Shown here one piece after another: positions 42,901 through 57,000 of a stretch of 64,000 nucleotides of DNA (position 1 is its first letter; the number at the start of each line of letters is the position of its first letter). The DNA is taken from assembly GCF_964204645.1 (NCBI RefSeq), contig NC_134029.1, positions 7,962,850 to 8,026,849 of the forward strand. The letters run 5' to 3'. A program made the translations under genes and the position numbers. The notes under the pieces were generated by a model. It worked only from the letters and a program-made list of their open reading frames with translations, was not told where the DNA came from and ran no database searches. The DNA is from Tubulanus polymorphus. Its lineage: Eukaryota > Animalia > Nemertea.

Positions 42901-45900
42901 AAGCCTATGAATCATTTTCATGCTTTTCGCGTTCAAATATTGAACTTTTTTTCTAACTACGGTAGTTCTACTTTGAAAACTTTTCTGCATGCTCTTTTCA
43001 GTCTGGAGACATTAAATCCCTACAACGTGCACTTCGAATCATAGCTTCATAACTAAACTGAACGTAATGGGGTTGTGAAAAAACAAATCTTCATGAGAAT
43101 TCCTTTAGGACAAAGAAATCTCCCATTTATTAGAATCAACGGTTCATGTAAGGCGTCCACTGTACCTTCAAGTCTGTCAACTTCCTTCTGTAATTTGGAC
43201 ACAGTTCTCTCAGCCTCTGTTGCCCTATGTTCAGCCTGAAAAACATTGCAGAAGTTTCGATCAAAATCAAAAACCAGACGAAAAATTAATCTACCATATT
43301 CTAACCGCATCAAGAAGATTCACAACGAAAACACAAGAACTTGATGATTAGATTTCTTTTTCAAATTTTTTCATTTATTCACACGACGAGGCTTACGGTA
43401 GGCTAAGCCAGCAAGTGCCTGTCATAGATTTTGTCACATCGAAAGAGGTTCGACAAAGTCTGCCTGCGTAAAAGAATCATAATCAGAACTCATAAATCCA
43501 AAATTCTTACCTCCTTCAACCTCTGCGTAAGATCACGGATAGTTTCTTCATACGTGTCTTCTCGGGCGGATGCCTGTAAGAAGATTTAAGACAATATATG
43601 AATAGCTGTGGCCAAATAGGGTAATACATTTTACAAACAGTATAACTACCATGAATATATTTACATTATCTCTTTATTTCAATGGCAAATCCTTTATGGT
43701 TTATGAACATTCAACACAGTAACCTTGCAATTCATCGAGCACCCTACCTACCATATTTCGGACTTCAGAGTGGGTGCTGAAGATTTGAAATCAATAAATT
43801 GCAATTTTCAAGAACTTTCTTAGATACATATTGTATCACTCTCTAGACAAAGTACTGCCTGCATATCCATCTATGGAATACATCTTCCATAGTAAACTGT
43901 ATTTCTAATGCTATGCCATGCTTTCCAAGTTTTTCAGAGCTTATAACCTTAGTATTGTTAGTAAGTTCAGTTGACAAGTTTAAATCAATTGCTTTGTCAT
44001 TGTTGTCCGATTCCCAAACACTGGATGGAATGATTAATAGTTAGTAGTTACATTAGTGTCAAAATCAGGGTCCCTACAGATCAGTCATCCTGGATATAAG
44101 GAGTTAATCTGGATATAATGAGTTTTCAAGGAGTTTTAAAAGGAAAAAATTTCAAATTTGGTTTCAAAAGAAGTGTTCGCATCTTTTTCATATCCAAATT
44201 ATTATAGACTCCTGCTAAATCGGTACCATCCATCTGAGTAAAACGTTAATTTGGTGGTTTTGTAAGCAAATTTTCTCAAGTAGCAAGTTTTAATCAATAA
44301 CTGCCTAATTTGGCAAAAGAAAAACCTGTTCCCAACAGTACCCATTTTACCTAGGCGTAGTATGCTGTACAACTACAAACTAACTAGACAAAAATTTCTA
44401 ATTGCCTATTTCTCAAAATTGAAGGCGCTTTTACGCGCGTTTTTAAGGAATCAAGGAGTTGTAACGACCCTGAATATACAAACCACGATCTATTCAACAA
44501 CAAGATAAGTAATATTCATCAATGAAATATTCAAGGAAGTACAGTAGACTCCATACACTTTGGCATATCAAAAACATTTGTAACCGATATTGGAAAGACC
44601 GACTTAGCTCCCAAATACTCATCGTAACATGCCTCTAAAAATATGGCCGAAATAAATGATATTTCGCTATGTTTCAAACATTTGCATCTAATTCGAAAAT
44701 CCCTAAAACATTAGAAAATAAATCTCTGCGTGCAGGTCATCGACCCAACTATGAGATGGCTGCTATTGTTAAGTCCCCTAGAACATCATCAATTACCGTA
44801 GTGACTTGTATTGATATTACCTTTGCATTCTGAGATTAAAGTGGTAATGAATTAAATCTTTTGGATGTATCAATTGTATCCAACTATGAGACAGCCATTG
44901 CGCAATATGCACAGGCTAAATCGACGAAGAACCGGGTTATTAATTTGTTTTGAAAATAATCTTTATCTCTCCCCGCAAATACGCTATATGAATTCAGGTA
45001 TTTCTCTCCCACCAGAAATATCCAAAATATACGATCGTCTAAAAAGTTGTTTGAAACAATAGCAAAACATTGAACGGACGGGCTGGACAACATGCCGAGT
45101 AACGTAACTGTCACGCCATGCACGCGGTCGGTCGATCGTTACCTCAGCTTCATTAATTTCAAGAGATTTCAAGTTGTTGCCAACAACTCTCAGTTCCTCC
45201 TCTAAATCGGTGATTTTGCTGAAAATTTAAGAACACCGCCGATATTTTAGACGATTGAAAAACACGATAAGGGGAGGGGATTGGGGAAGCAGTCGATCCA
45301 AGACACGTCCAACGTCGTCGAAATAGTGGGCTGGAAAAAAAATGATACTGAAGATTAAGATGAAATGATAAATGAGACAGAGCTTTATCAACCGTGGCTA
45401 ATGAACTGGTATTGCAAAGTAGCAATAGCAGAGAATTAAATGAAGTTCAATAATCATTATTACTACAAAAATATGTAGTAACAAAACCAAAAGTTTATAT
45501 TCTAACACACAGGGGCTGCAGTTGCATATCTGGGGCCAGTCGTTGCTCAACAGTTGGGGTTAAAGATAACTTGTGGATAAAAACCATAGTAACAATGAAC
45601 TTTCAATTGTGACTATGCCGACAATCAAACTGGTTAACTCTAACCAACCTTTGAGCAACTGGCCCCTGCCGGTTATCTTAAACCCACTTTTGAGCAACTG
45701 CCCCCGCCGGATAATATTTCTATGCAAGAAAAAAGTTATACACATTCAGGGCACGAGAAAACTCTGTCACAGATGATTAAGAAGCCAAGTGGAACATTAT
45801 TATAAATGTTCCATTTGCCCTCAAGGTGATGACGATGATAATGCGGATGGACAGATGTTAGTTTCGGATGCGGTTAATTTTACCTTATCTTCCAATTGTT

Positions 45901-48047
45901 GTAGATGTTTCAAATCGTTAGTAACCGTTTCCAATTGTCCTTCATAACTTCGGGCTTTTCTACAAGCAATCATAAAAGACAAACGTCATGCAACGGACAA
46001 CCGTAAATAAAGGTCAATCTTCGAGAAACTGGTCGAACATCGAGCAATTTAGTATTTTCATTCCGTAGACGATAACCTGTTAGTTAGTTAGCTTCGAGAT
46101 TTTTTTTTGAGAAACCACGGATTACTTTAACCAATGAATGCTACCCTTTTCATTGTAAATGACATCAAAACGAGGACTTATATTAGTATTCGGATTTCGG
46201 TAGAAAGTATCAAAGAAATTACAAAGGATATATATAATCAGCCAATTCATATTCATATTTGCATAATCAACGCAAATATAGATACAATCGGGTCTTTAAT
46301 TTACATTATTTATATCAATATTTTGATTGTACTGCTGCACAAACAATAGCCACAAATGCAAATCCAACAACAGCCATATTGTCCGAATGTTTTACACCTT
46401 TTGCTGGCGGAAAGCAAGATAGTTCTAAGAGAGCCAATTTTGAAGTATATTCTATGATGTATATACTATACAATGCATTTTCTAAATGGGCCAGTTCCCG
46501 AATGTATTCATACGAATTTATGCTGAATATTTGAAGTTTCATATCGTTATTTAGGAATCGCTCGATAATTATATTGTTAGGAAATAGGCTGGAATTTTGA
46601 AAACTGAAGAATGAAGTCACACATTTGAAAAAAGTAAAACCAAGACATTATCATTCAAGAAAATAATCACCAATGCAAGACAATTCAGATGCTGAACTTA
46701 TGCAAGGAGGCCATGCTGAAGAGCCTGTATTCGGAATACCACATCACATTGCCTAATGGTAGTACATACGGCGATGAAACCGGATATTTTCGAAATGATA
46801 ATGTTCTCGTTTGACTCCGAAAAAAATAAAATTTCATCCAAGCATTCTTTGAGACAAGAATCAGAAACTGTGACCATTTGCAAGTTGTAGTAGATTACGT
46901 ATATAAAATCGTTTCCATACGAACATAGCCAACAGAAAGTAGACTAAGTGCACGTATGATGAATTATATACCATAATCGCTATTCATATACAGGTAATCA
47001 GAGCGCAATTACGCCTAAAATCACAATATAGCGTTAAAATGAATGTGATCTCATTTCGTAATATCTGTATATTCATCGTCATTTAGTTCATGGTTCCCAT
47101 CTACGGCATAGCCAAAGCCAGCGTACCTTCATTGGCAGATTGATTTTGGTAGAAATATTTTCATCATTATTTTAATCATTCCAAAATATTGATCATGACA
47201 GTTATGTATTTCACGAAGATACACAGACTTCGTCGAGATGAAAACAAAACCCAACACCAAGCAGTAGTGTCTCGCGAAAAAGTTAGAAACGTCAAAATTC
47301 GAAGAAAATTAAGTTACGTTATCTTTTTCGCGAGACGCGAAAAATTCACACGATTCCTTCAAAAGGCTCAGGTCAAAACTAGCAACTAGTTTAAACATTC
47401 AATAAATGTAAATGTAAGAACTAATAGTACAGCACAGTATGCCAAGTCAGATCTACAAGAGTCAGTCCAACTCGTACCGAAAATATTCCGCAAGAACTTC
47501 AACAAGGCCCAGTGATGCAGTCTTTATTTCTTAAAGTGTTTTTAAATCTTAAGAATCATTCTCAAGTCGTTATATTGCCAGAAAAGCATTGACCAAGGCG
47601 AACAATTGGCCCCTAGGCATTTATCCTCTAAACCTGACTTGGACAGACCTGACATACTTTCACTACTAGTATTAAGGTTAAATCAGGGTGGCCACTTTCC
47701 TCCCATTTACTAAGACCCCAGTTTTCCCTGAGTTTCCAAGTTTAAAATATTGCTATTCATTCATTTTTCATTGAATCACGTACTGATAAGCACGCAGTCA
47801 ATGGGATTATCCGAATTCCCTGAGATTTCTAGGCTTTTGGTAAAATTTGTTGAGTTTTCCCTGATTTTACGATTCCCTGAGTATTCCAGGTCAGTGGCCA
47901 CCTTGTTACTCAATATCGCAAAGAGTTAAATATCAAATCGAACCCACAACACGTGAAGAAACAATGCTACGATGAGGATTAATAAGAGAGATAAGAAGTG
48001 ATATATAAACGAGATGAAATGAGGTGATGATGATAAAATATGACAGC

Positions 48048-48079
<32 letters not shown>

Positions 48080-51000
48080 GAACGTTGTAGTACTTGTTTA
48101 ATTCTATCGATCGCGTCTCGGTCGTATTTAGTTCACTCTCGAGCATTACGGATTTTCGGTTCATCTGAAACGAGAAAAATGTCGCGGACGCATGCAAAAT
48201 ATGTCAAAGATACATTTTTGGGGGGAGGGGATTGGGGTACCACGTGTCACTGGACGCGATAAAACAGCAGAATATTGGATGATGGCTATTAGTTTATAGC
48301 CGTAACGTTGCTCAAAATAATATAGGTACCGGTATACTCATTTACTCAAGAACTTTCCATCTTTTGCTGAAATTATCATGCGATTTCTTACGTATAATAA
48401 GAAGGAATTTCATTCTCCAAAGCACTTGAAGTAAATGGCATTTCACGAGTACGCTAGTAAATTTGGTCATTCACACCTGAAGATGCAACATTACATTAAT
48501 AATTTGAGTATTTCCTATGAATCGATAATCAAAAACTTGCTTATCGTATATGCTTAATTAAACGGCTGTTTTACCAACTAGATAAAATTCTGACCTGTCT
48601 CGTACATTTTCAAGTCAGAATTACGAGGTGTTGTTACGAAGTATGCCTTTCGTAGTCAGTCAATCGCGGAGAGTAGTACGATGGACGCCGAATCCAAAAT
48701 TTCAAACTTCGCAAAAGTAGAGATTTCGAACGGCACACTTCGCCAAGTCGTACGGGGCATCATGCGCAAATTCAAAGTACAGTTCGATACATACCCCTCA
48801 GCAGATTCCAACCTGGCTTCTGCACGCTCAAGATCAACCTCAGTAATAGCGAGCTTTCTTGCAGCCTGACAAACAATCGAGATCAATTTTCATATTAGTA
48901 CAAAATACGTATCACAGAAAAAAAATTATACGAGATATAGGTTTTAACGAGCGAGACAATTCGCAGCTCTAGTCGCCCTCCATTTTTGGAAAAGCGTTCG
49001 ACAAAAAAGCCATTAATTATACAAAATGAATAAGAGATTGCAAGATGGGTTTTTATGTCGATCAACATCCCAAATTTAGGGAAGTTGAAGGGTAATTTTG
49101 ATTGGAAACTATTTTACAAATCGAATAACATCATTAGTTTGTACGGAACACGTCCAATGCATCGAACTCTCTTCTATAATATAATTTCTCACTATCATCG
49201 GATTATAATAATATGCAAATCAATTAATCAATACATCTCCGAATAATCAATCAAAGTAAAATGGTCTGACAAGCAGACTGATAAGGTAAGCTTTCTCTGT
49301 ATTGCAGCACAAAATACAAAATGTCAATACGACATTTCTCCTGGTTAGTAAAGATACTACTCGACATTCTTAAATAATAATAACTGTTAGAAACTATCAG
49401 GCCTTTTAATCTTATATGTGTACATACAAGGTGCTACAAAGTGGATGGCTATACTGGCACCATTTTTTTCCGAGCCCTATGCAATGGCTCAATGGGACAA
49501 TACCAAAAAGGATCACAAAGGGGACTAGCTGTTATTTGAGGCCATATACTTCAAAACTAAACTGATCGTTAATTTCTCGTGCGATAACTATTTGGTTCAC
49601 CTGAAAAAAATAGCAATTCTTTTCCATGCAATGAGTTAATAACAATAACGATAAACCACGCACTTCTAATCGTCACGCTTCATTAATGGACACGCCGAAA
49701 GAAAACAAGAAATCATCCGAGGAACATTTGAAAAGATGAACACAAATGAAACATCGTATTTCAGTCGGAGAAAAGTCAACAACGAAATATGGGAACGGAA
49801 AATCGAAAAGAACGAAAAATACAATAATCGCGTTCGAATATCGTGTCAGGGGGAATGAATCAAGAAGAAAGAAGAAGATGAACTGATTCTAATCAATCAT
49901 AATCAAAAACGAACGGGGAGATGGTGACTGGCAGTCCCTGGCACTAGGACGGTCATGCTGTATTTTCACCTCGTCGTATTTGCGATCGCCGTCCTCTGCG
50001 ATATTTTTGGCCTCTTTTAATTGTTCCTCGAGGAAGTCAATGCGTTCATCGTCGCCCATGCTGCGTTTTTCGAGCACTTTGCGCATTCTGCATTGTAAAA
50101 CAAGCTACCGGTAACTAAAATCTATTGTTATTTTTTTAAAGCATCGCGAAGAAAGGACTTATATTGGATCATATTCCGCATCTGACCACATTTTCGCCCC
50201 CAAATTTTTTGGGTACAATTTCACAAAAAAAAATATCAAATGCGAAAAGAGTATCTATCTTCTTGTGAAACTCGAAATTGGAAATGTTTTCAAAAAACAC
50301 CGATTCAAAGCTGATAATTGAAACTTAAGTTGTGCTGAAATTGAAGACTCCAGGCTTTATACCATTCTGGAAAATTAGGACAAAAGGAATAAGATTATAT
50401 CCCCTCTAACAAATGAGGATGAGAAAAGTAATAAGTCACAATCGCTGTAAAAATTTTCATCGCAAGACTGAATATCTTTTTTTTTACCGACTTTCTATCA
50501 TAGGAAAGTTTGTGAAAGAATAATGTTACAACCAGTCACTTAAGAAAAATCGGATTCATATTTGTCAGATTTATATTTGTTCGGCTATAATTGACCCAGT
50601 TAATTCATACGAATACCACACAGTAAGCCAAGCTTACCAAACACTGAAACAATAGCGTCAAAACCGTATATCTATAGGCCAGCTATTCATTATTTCAAAT
50701 ATGCTGTCGGAAAATGTGTGTGGTGTGTGTGTGACTAGCAATACTAACAATCCCGATTATTCGAGGAATGCTTCTAGAAGGTCACCTAACGAAAGCCGAG
50801 GACTGGCTGGACAGTATAATACCGAAAGTATGCAGTTCGCATGCAGTACTTCATTTAGAACTAGCAGTACAGCTCGACGCGTTCATATACGGTACTTCGA
50901 AGGTATAAACCTAATTCTGCCGCGAAATACATAATCGACCTAGTATTCATCGAGATATTAAATACATAATTTATACGCTCTCAAGTTGATGGCCTTATAA

Positions 51001-54000
51001 TTAAACAACAGCGCTCTATACACAACTATGTAGTGTCACACAGATAGCGCGGATAATTTTCGGCCCGACTACAATTAACTCTCGCGGTGGCGAGAACGCG
51101 CATTATATAGGCCTAACAGCGCTATGGAAAAAACAATTGCGCCGAAAAATCTTATCAATCAAATATAAATCACAGTCTTGCGGCAAATTTATACAGCGGT
51201 GAACAATTTCCCAAGATTTTTTTCCATCAACAACAAAAATAGACCTCCCAAATTTCTTTAGTAGTAGTAGTAGTAGTACTAGACCGCTGCAAGAGATTTT
51301 CATGGTTAGATCGAGACGAGAAATATGCAAATACGTGAACAAATATAACAATTAGCATACGGTGAATACGATCTATAGATATATATATATATATACTGTA
51401 TATTACAACAACACATACGAAGCCATACATTTTGATCAGCGCCACTAATAACATGCATCGCGTCGGTCCAGTGTCCGAAAAGGTCTATATCAACGAACTA
51501 GTCGCTAAATATTCGCATTTTCGACGGGAATTTCGTTTCGAAAGTATTGTTGATATAGACCTCGACGATGGATTTTTCGCTTTTTTTTCTCGTTTGTTCG
51601 AACAGGCGTTGATTCACCTCGTCGTATTTGCGGTCGGCGTCTTCTGCAATGTATTTGGCTTCTTTAAGTTGACTCTCCAATGTGTCGATTCGCTCGTCGT
51701 CGGCCATACTGCGGCTTTCTAATACTTTTCGTACTCTGTCGGTTTACAGGAAAAAAAAAACGAGTCATGAAATGGACGAGTCAACGAACTAGAATATCCC
51801 GACACCACGCCAAACACCGGGTCGGAATGTTCATCTAACAAACACGTCCGAACAACCGTGCCGAATCGGCAGGCCTCTCTGAAACAAATTCTGCGACCTC
51901 ATTCGCGACAACCTGCCTTATAAGGGCGTAGACGATGACATGACGATACGCGGTGATTTCCAGTAATAACAGTTCGCCATCATTATCGCGTTAATTGGCA
52001 CCGTTTTCATAACTAAAGAATGAATGTCAATGAATGAATGAATCAATTAAGAGAAATATATACATCATTGAGTTACGCTTTGTAATGCATAAAACTCGTG
52101 TCAAATCGTATCTCCTGACTTTATATGGAATATACACGTCGAGTGGTAAACGCGTGTGACGTCTATCGAACGGCTCTTAGCTTAGTTCGCTTCGAGAGAT
52201 AACCGAGCATCTGTCCATGTATTACTAGTCTGCATCGTGAGGCCGATGACATATTGCAAATACCCCGTGAGTCATCATACACCTGACATTTGTTGTTGAG
52301 AAAACAAGGACGTTTCGCAAATTGCATACAGTACGACCCATTCACAAAATTCGACACTTCGCGAATAGTAGAGATCAGGTTCGCACACAATTGAATTAAG
52401 GCTACAATTTTATGTACTACCGGAGCCAATCGTTTGGTATTGAATGCGCAATGCAACACTAGTCACAACACTAGTCACGACTAAACGATTGACTACCTGC
52501 AGTCAAGCCTTAAGTTTTAAAAACGACTAGAGTTGTGCCAGATACTTGAACTCTTGCTCATTCATCGTACAGATGGCGGTGCAAAAATATTCCGATAAAA
52601 GGCAGCTGTTATTACTGGTGTAACCGTATTCGAACCATCGGTAAAAATATAATAATCAAGACACGTCCTGCAACACGATGAAGAAACACGACGATTAAAA
52701 AACGCCTGAAAATAACATTTTCAAAACAGCCGAACTACACGTCTTACGCTTACCCAGCCTCTGTCGGCAAAGCGCCCCCATTTCGGTGGACCATCGAACT
52801 TTCGATACATACCTCTTCGTACTTGTACTCCCATTCTAATGACTCTTGGTGGTACATTTTAACGGTGCGTTCTAGTTCTTCGACTCGTTCGTCGTCCATC
52901 GCGCTTTTCACTTCTAGAACTTTCCTCTGTCTACAAATGGTTAAAAAAACACAAACGCATGCGTGTTAATAGGGCGTATAGCATGTCTTCTGCTAAGGGG
53001 GCAATGCGTGGACAAAATCCACGGTTGAGACTTTAAAGTTACATAGATAATCTATCACCAACTTTATCAAGGATGTCCTTTAAATATATTAAATCGAGTC
53101 GATTTTTACCGGTCTTTGCCAAAATCGATGTTCCAATTTTAGATTTTGAGCATTTAGATGGACATTGGCTTTCGGGCAAGCCCAATTTTTGCGTTTGAAC
53201 ACCATGAAGATTTTAAGCTCATTTGTGGACAAAAGTCTCAACTGTGGAGGGATGGGTGGTGGATGTTAGTGAATTAATCAACAAGGCCACAGACTTAATC
53301 CAAACCTTTCTATCTTAAACATGAACTCACAATATGTTCTGAGAGCAGATATAAACAATACATTTCGCCGAATTTGAATCTCATGCTAAGGATTATTGCG
53401 AGCTATGGTAATATTATTCGCAATGTCCCAATAACTAGGTTGAACATTGAATTGAATTAACAACAATCAAATAGGCCCCATGATAAAATCGATAGTCAAC
53501 AGGTGGGTTTAAATCCACACAACTCTCACTAGATATTTCTATAAACAACCCGAGCCTAGATTTTGAAATAGTTTTATTTTGGTCCCTCTGTCTCAGGCAG
53601 ACAATGGAATACTTAAAATAAAAACATTGATAGCCCACCTGAAAACTCTAATATCTCGGTGTTATGTTGAAATCATTAAATTCTGATTTCTTGAGTCTGA
53701 AATTCATTATTTAAGGGCTAGTACTGCTCGGGTATTGGTGTCATACATGCTGTTATGTTTACCGGTCTAATGTCTAAAACCTAATACGTGTTAATGACAT
53801 GCAGAGCCTTGTGCATGCTGTATGCTGTACGCACCTACCAGAAATGATGAAAATACATAGGCCTACATGTTGCAACGCCATCATTCTTCGAGAAGGGGCT
53901 AAAATCGCTTACACACTAACCTTACTTACGAAATCGATTTTCTCACGAGAAAAATTCATTAACATCAATTTCCACTATAATCATTACACACACATGCAGT

Positions 54001-57000
54001 AGATTTTCATTAGGCCCATAGTTTAAGCCCACTTTTAAACAGACCAAAGCATTTAACTAAAACCAGTTCAGATGAAAGTATTTGATCGAAGAGGCCAATG
54101 TATGAAAATCAAAGCTGAAGCAACAACTTAAATCAACACTTTCATTTATACACAAACTTTCAATAACTGGCTGCCTGGTTTATGGAACAGCGGTGCAAGG
54201 CATTTGTCCGAATTATCCAAAAACGTGGATTGAAAAGGTAAGATTGACCATATTCTATTTTCTATAAATACAAAATGGCGTAGTTTTCCTAATTGACTTA
54301 ATTATTACTGCAGATTTGACAAACCTACCGTTCGCTCTCATCTGCAGCCTTGGATGCCTCCTCCAACATCGTTGTGGCCGTTTCAAGTCTGGAATTGGTG
54401 CTCTCGATATCATCTTCAAGAAGTTGTATCCTCCTGTTCAGGGCGGCTACTTCTGCTTCAGCCTGAAATTCAAACGCGAGAGAAAAGCTTACTCGCCGCA
54501 TCGCGAGGGAACAGTCGAAATTTACTGCAGGGAAGATTCCGTTTTTTTTTTAAATTCTATTGATATACGAAATAGTTCATTTTCAAAATCCAAGGAAAGG
54601 AAAATGCTATGATGAAAACGTCAATTACTATCAATTCAAATTCATTTCCACCAAAGTCGGGCCTATAAAATTTTAATTAATTTCAATTTTTCTACATTTC
54701 TTAACAGGGTAGGTTTGCCAAATCAAAAAATATATTCTCATAAAACATCAACAAAAAGAAGACAGAAAGCATAGAGGTATGTTACTGATATAGCCTAGTT
54801 TTTTAACACTAAACAACATTCTCATTCTCGAATTAGGCTAATTGAAAATGAGATTAAATCCCTTACAATCTTTGAGAAACTGAACGCGGTTGATGGAAGT
54901 GGCTTGTGACAGCAATGGCGTGAAATGGGATCACCTTCATTTCACAGTTTTGAACATGTTTTCGTATGCTAGCGTAAGAGTGTGTAGAAATATAGTAGGC
55001 CAGGCCTATTCAGGTTTGCAGACGTGCCGTATTTTCTATGAACCAAACCGACGCAACCATTGTACTAGACCATTACTAAATTGACTAACCAATGAAAGAC
55101 GCATTAATTATCCAAGGTCGTAGGTGTCTTGGAACGCATTACTTCGCAGCTACACCTCGTTTTAAAGGAAATATCACATTCCAAGATTCAATATTTTTCT
55201 TAACCCAGTATAGGTCTAACGAAAGATAAATCAATCGATATCAACATGACGAGAAACCTAATCCTAATAAAGATATTCCAACTAGCCTATTTTTCTTATA
55301 GAAGACCTAGTTCTTATCATTTATGGAGAAGAAATGCATAAGATATAAGATATGCAATTGAATAGACTAGCCTACCTATGCTTTTGAGCTTGCCTCTAAA
55401 CCCTTTGACAGTCACGTCATGTGCCTTAAGTGTAGCCTAACTCAAATATTCCCATTCTTAATTAGTAAACACAGTGAAAATTTGATCCTACCCATTTTAT
55501 CAGTATTGTCAGATATGTTTCATAAGCATACAGAATCCATATTCTCATGTTTTGCTCTTGTAGTTTCCTCTAGGAGGCTTTGATATGTTAGACTATATCT
55601 ATATAGCCTAGTAGGCCTACTTTATCAATAGGCCTGCCTGCACCCAGTCCGGGAGTCCCATGGCCACGAAGAACTATAGCCCTATGACAGTCAACTGGCC
55701 CATGCCCAGCATACAGCTGCTGCAAATTACAATTTTCTTATGATGCTATCAATATCATATTTAGTTTAAAATCTATCCTAAGAATTACTGCCCAAAATAC
55801 AACTAAATTCCAAGCAAATAATTGAGACCCAGATACGTATATGACTGACGGCCATTTTGATAACCGGCCTCAACTAAAAACGCCTGTTACGTTAGTATAT
55901 TACTGATCTACCGAGACATTCGAAAACTCCTGAAATATCTTTGGAACCCCGAAATCAGTATCAATATCAACACGTCTTGGAAATGCACCCGCGGGAAGAA
56001 TACGCGAAAAGCGGTGGATAGAAATTTTTTCAATAAATAACGAAAGGGCAACACCTACTGTCGACCGCAATTTCTCCTCTTCTTTTAATCCCCTTTGGAG
56101 CTCTTCGACGTCGTCGCATTTGATTTCTAATTCCTTTCGAATCTCGGCGAATTTAGCCTTTAGTTTATTCATATGTTCCGCTGCCATGATGTTCGCTAAT
56201 TAATTGGTTGGGCGTTAATTTTCCTTACTAAAATTCCTAAAAGAATTTCTGGTAGCTCGCGACCGAACAACACAACGAACTAGCATTCAGTTCAGACGCC
56301 ACCGCCGCCGGTACGTCATCGACAAATAGTGCCGTCATAAATCGTGTCGTTGACAAGTTTTGAGCGAGTGGCATTTATAAAATAATCTAAGAATCCCGTC
56401 GGATACTCGAATAATAGCAGTTGCAGTTTCAAAACAAACGAGATGCTGGTGAAATATCTAGATTTTAATGAAAATAGGTGTATCGTAAGCCACTAATATA
56501 TTGTCAACTACATAATCGATTTTCATATTCAAACGCTACAAGTAGTTCCATACCGTATGTCCCGAAGACTAGGTCAGAGTCCCGTCAAAAAACCTTCGTT
56601 TAATCGCGGTGACCTAATTTTTAGGGTCCTGTTTCAGCTAATCGGGATTGATTTAAATTGCCTATGTCACCAAAATAAGAAGATTGCAATAGCGGGTGCA
56701 CTCCAAAAAGTTCATTTAATGATTATTTTCGTTATGTACACCGTTATACTTTGTCTAATTCTGAGTAGATATGAAACACCCCACGAAACATGATCAAGAC
56801 TTTAATCAAAATATAATTTTATTCATACTAATGCGAAAAAAGTTTGTTAAGTAATTAAACCAATTTTAATTTTTTTCAGTAGCATCAAAATATATAAAGA
56901 TCCTCGAGTCTTTATGTATTTTCGATTTATTGTCAAACCCGATAATTGTTTATTTCTTGACTTGATAAATTCATATATTGATCTCATAGAATATTTTGAC

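Noticed and set aside
46698-46730. Possible extra tropomyosin exon after a tacag acceptor
   Set aside because: Wrong length, early stop and no heptad pattern.
52754-52760. Possible 7-nt micro-exon (cag|aggctgg|gtaagc) after the divergent exon 4
   Set aside because: It would frameshift, the upstream intron would be only ~52 nt, and there is no other support.
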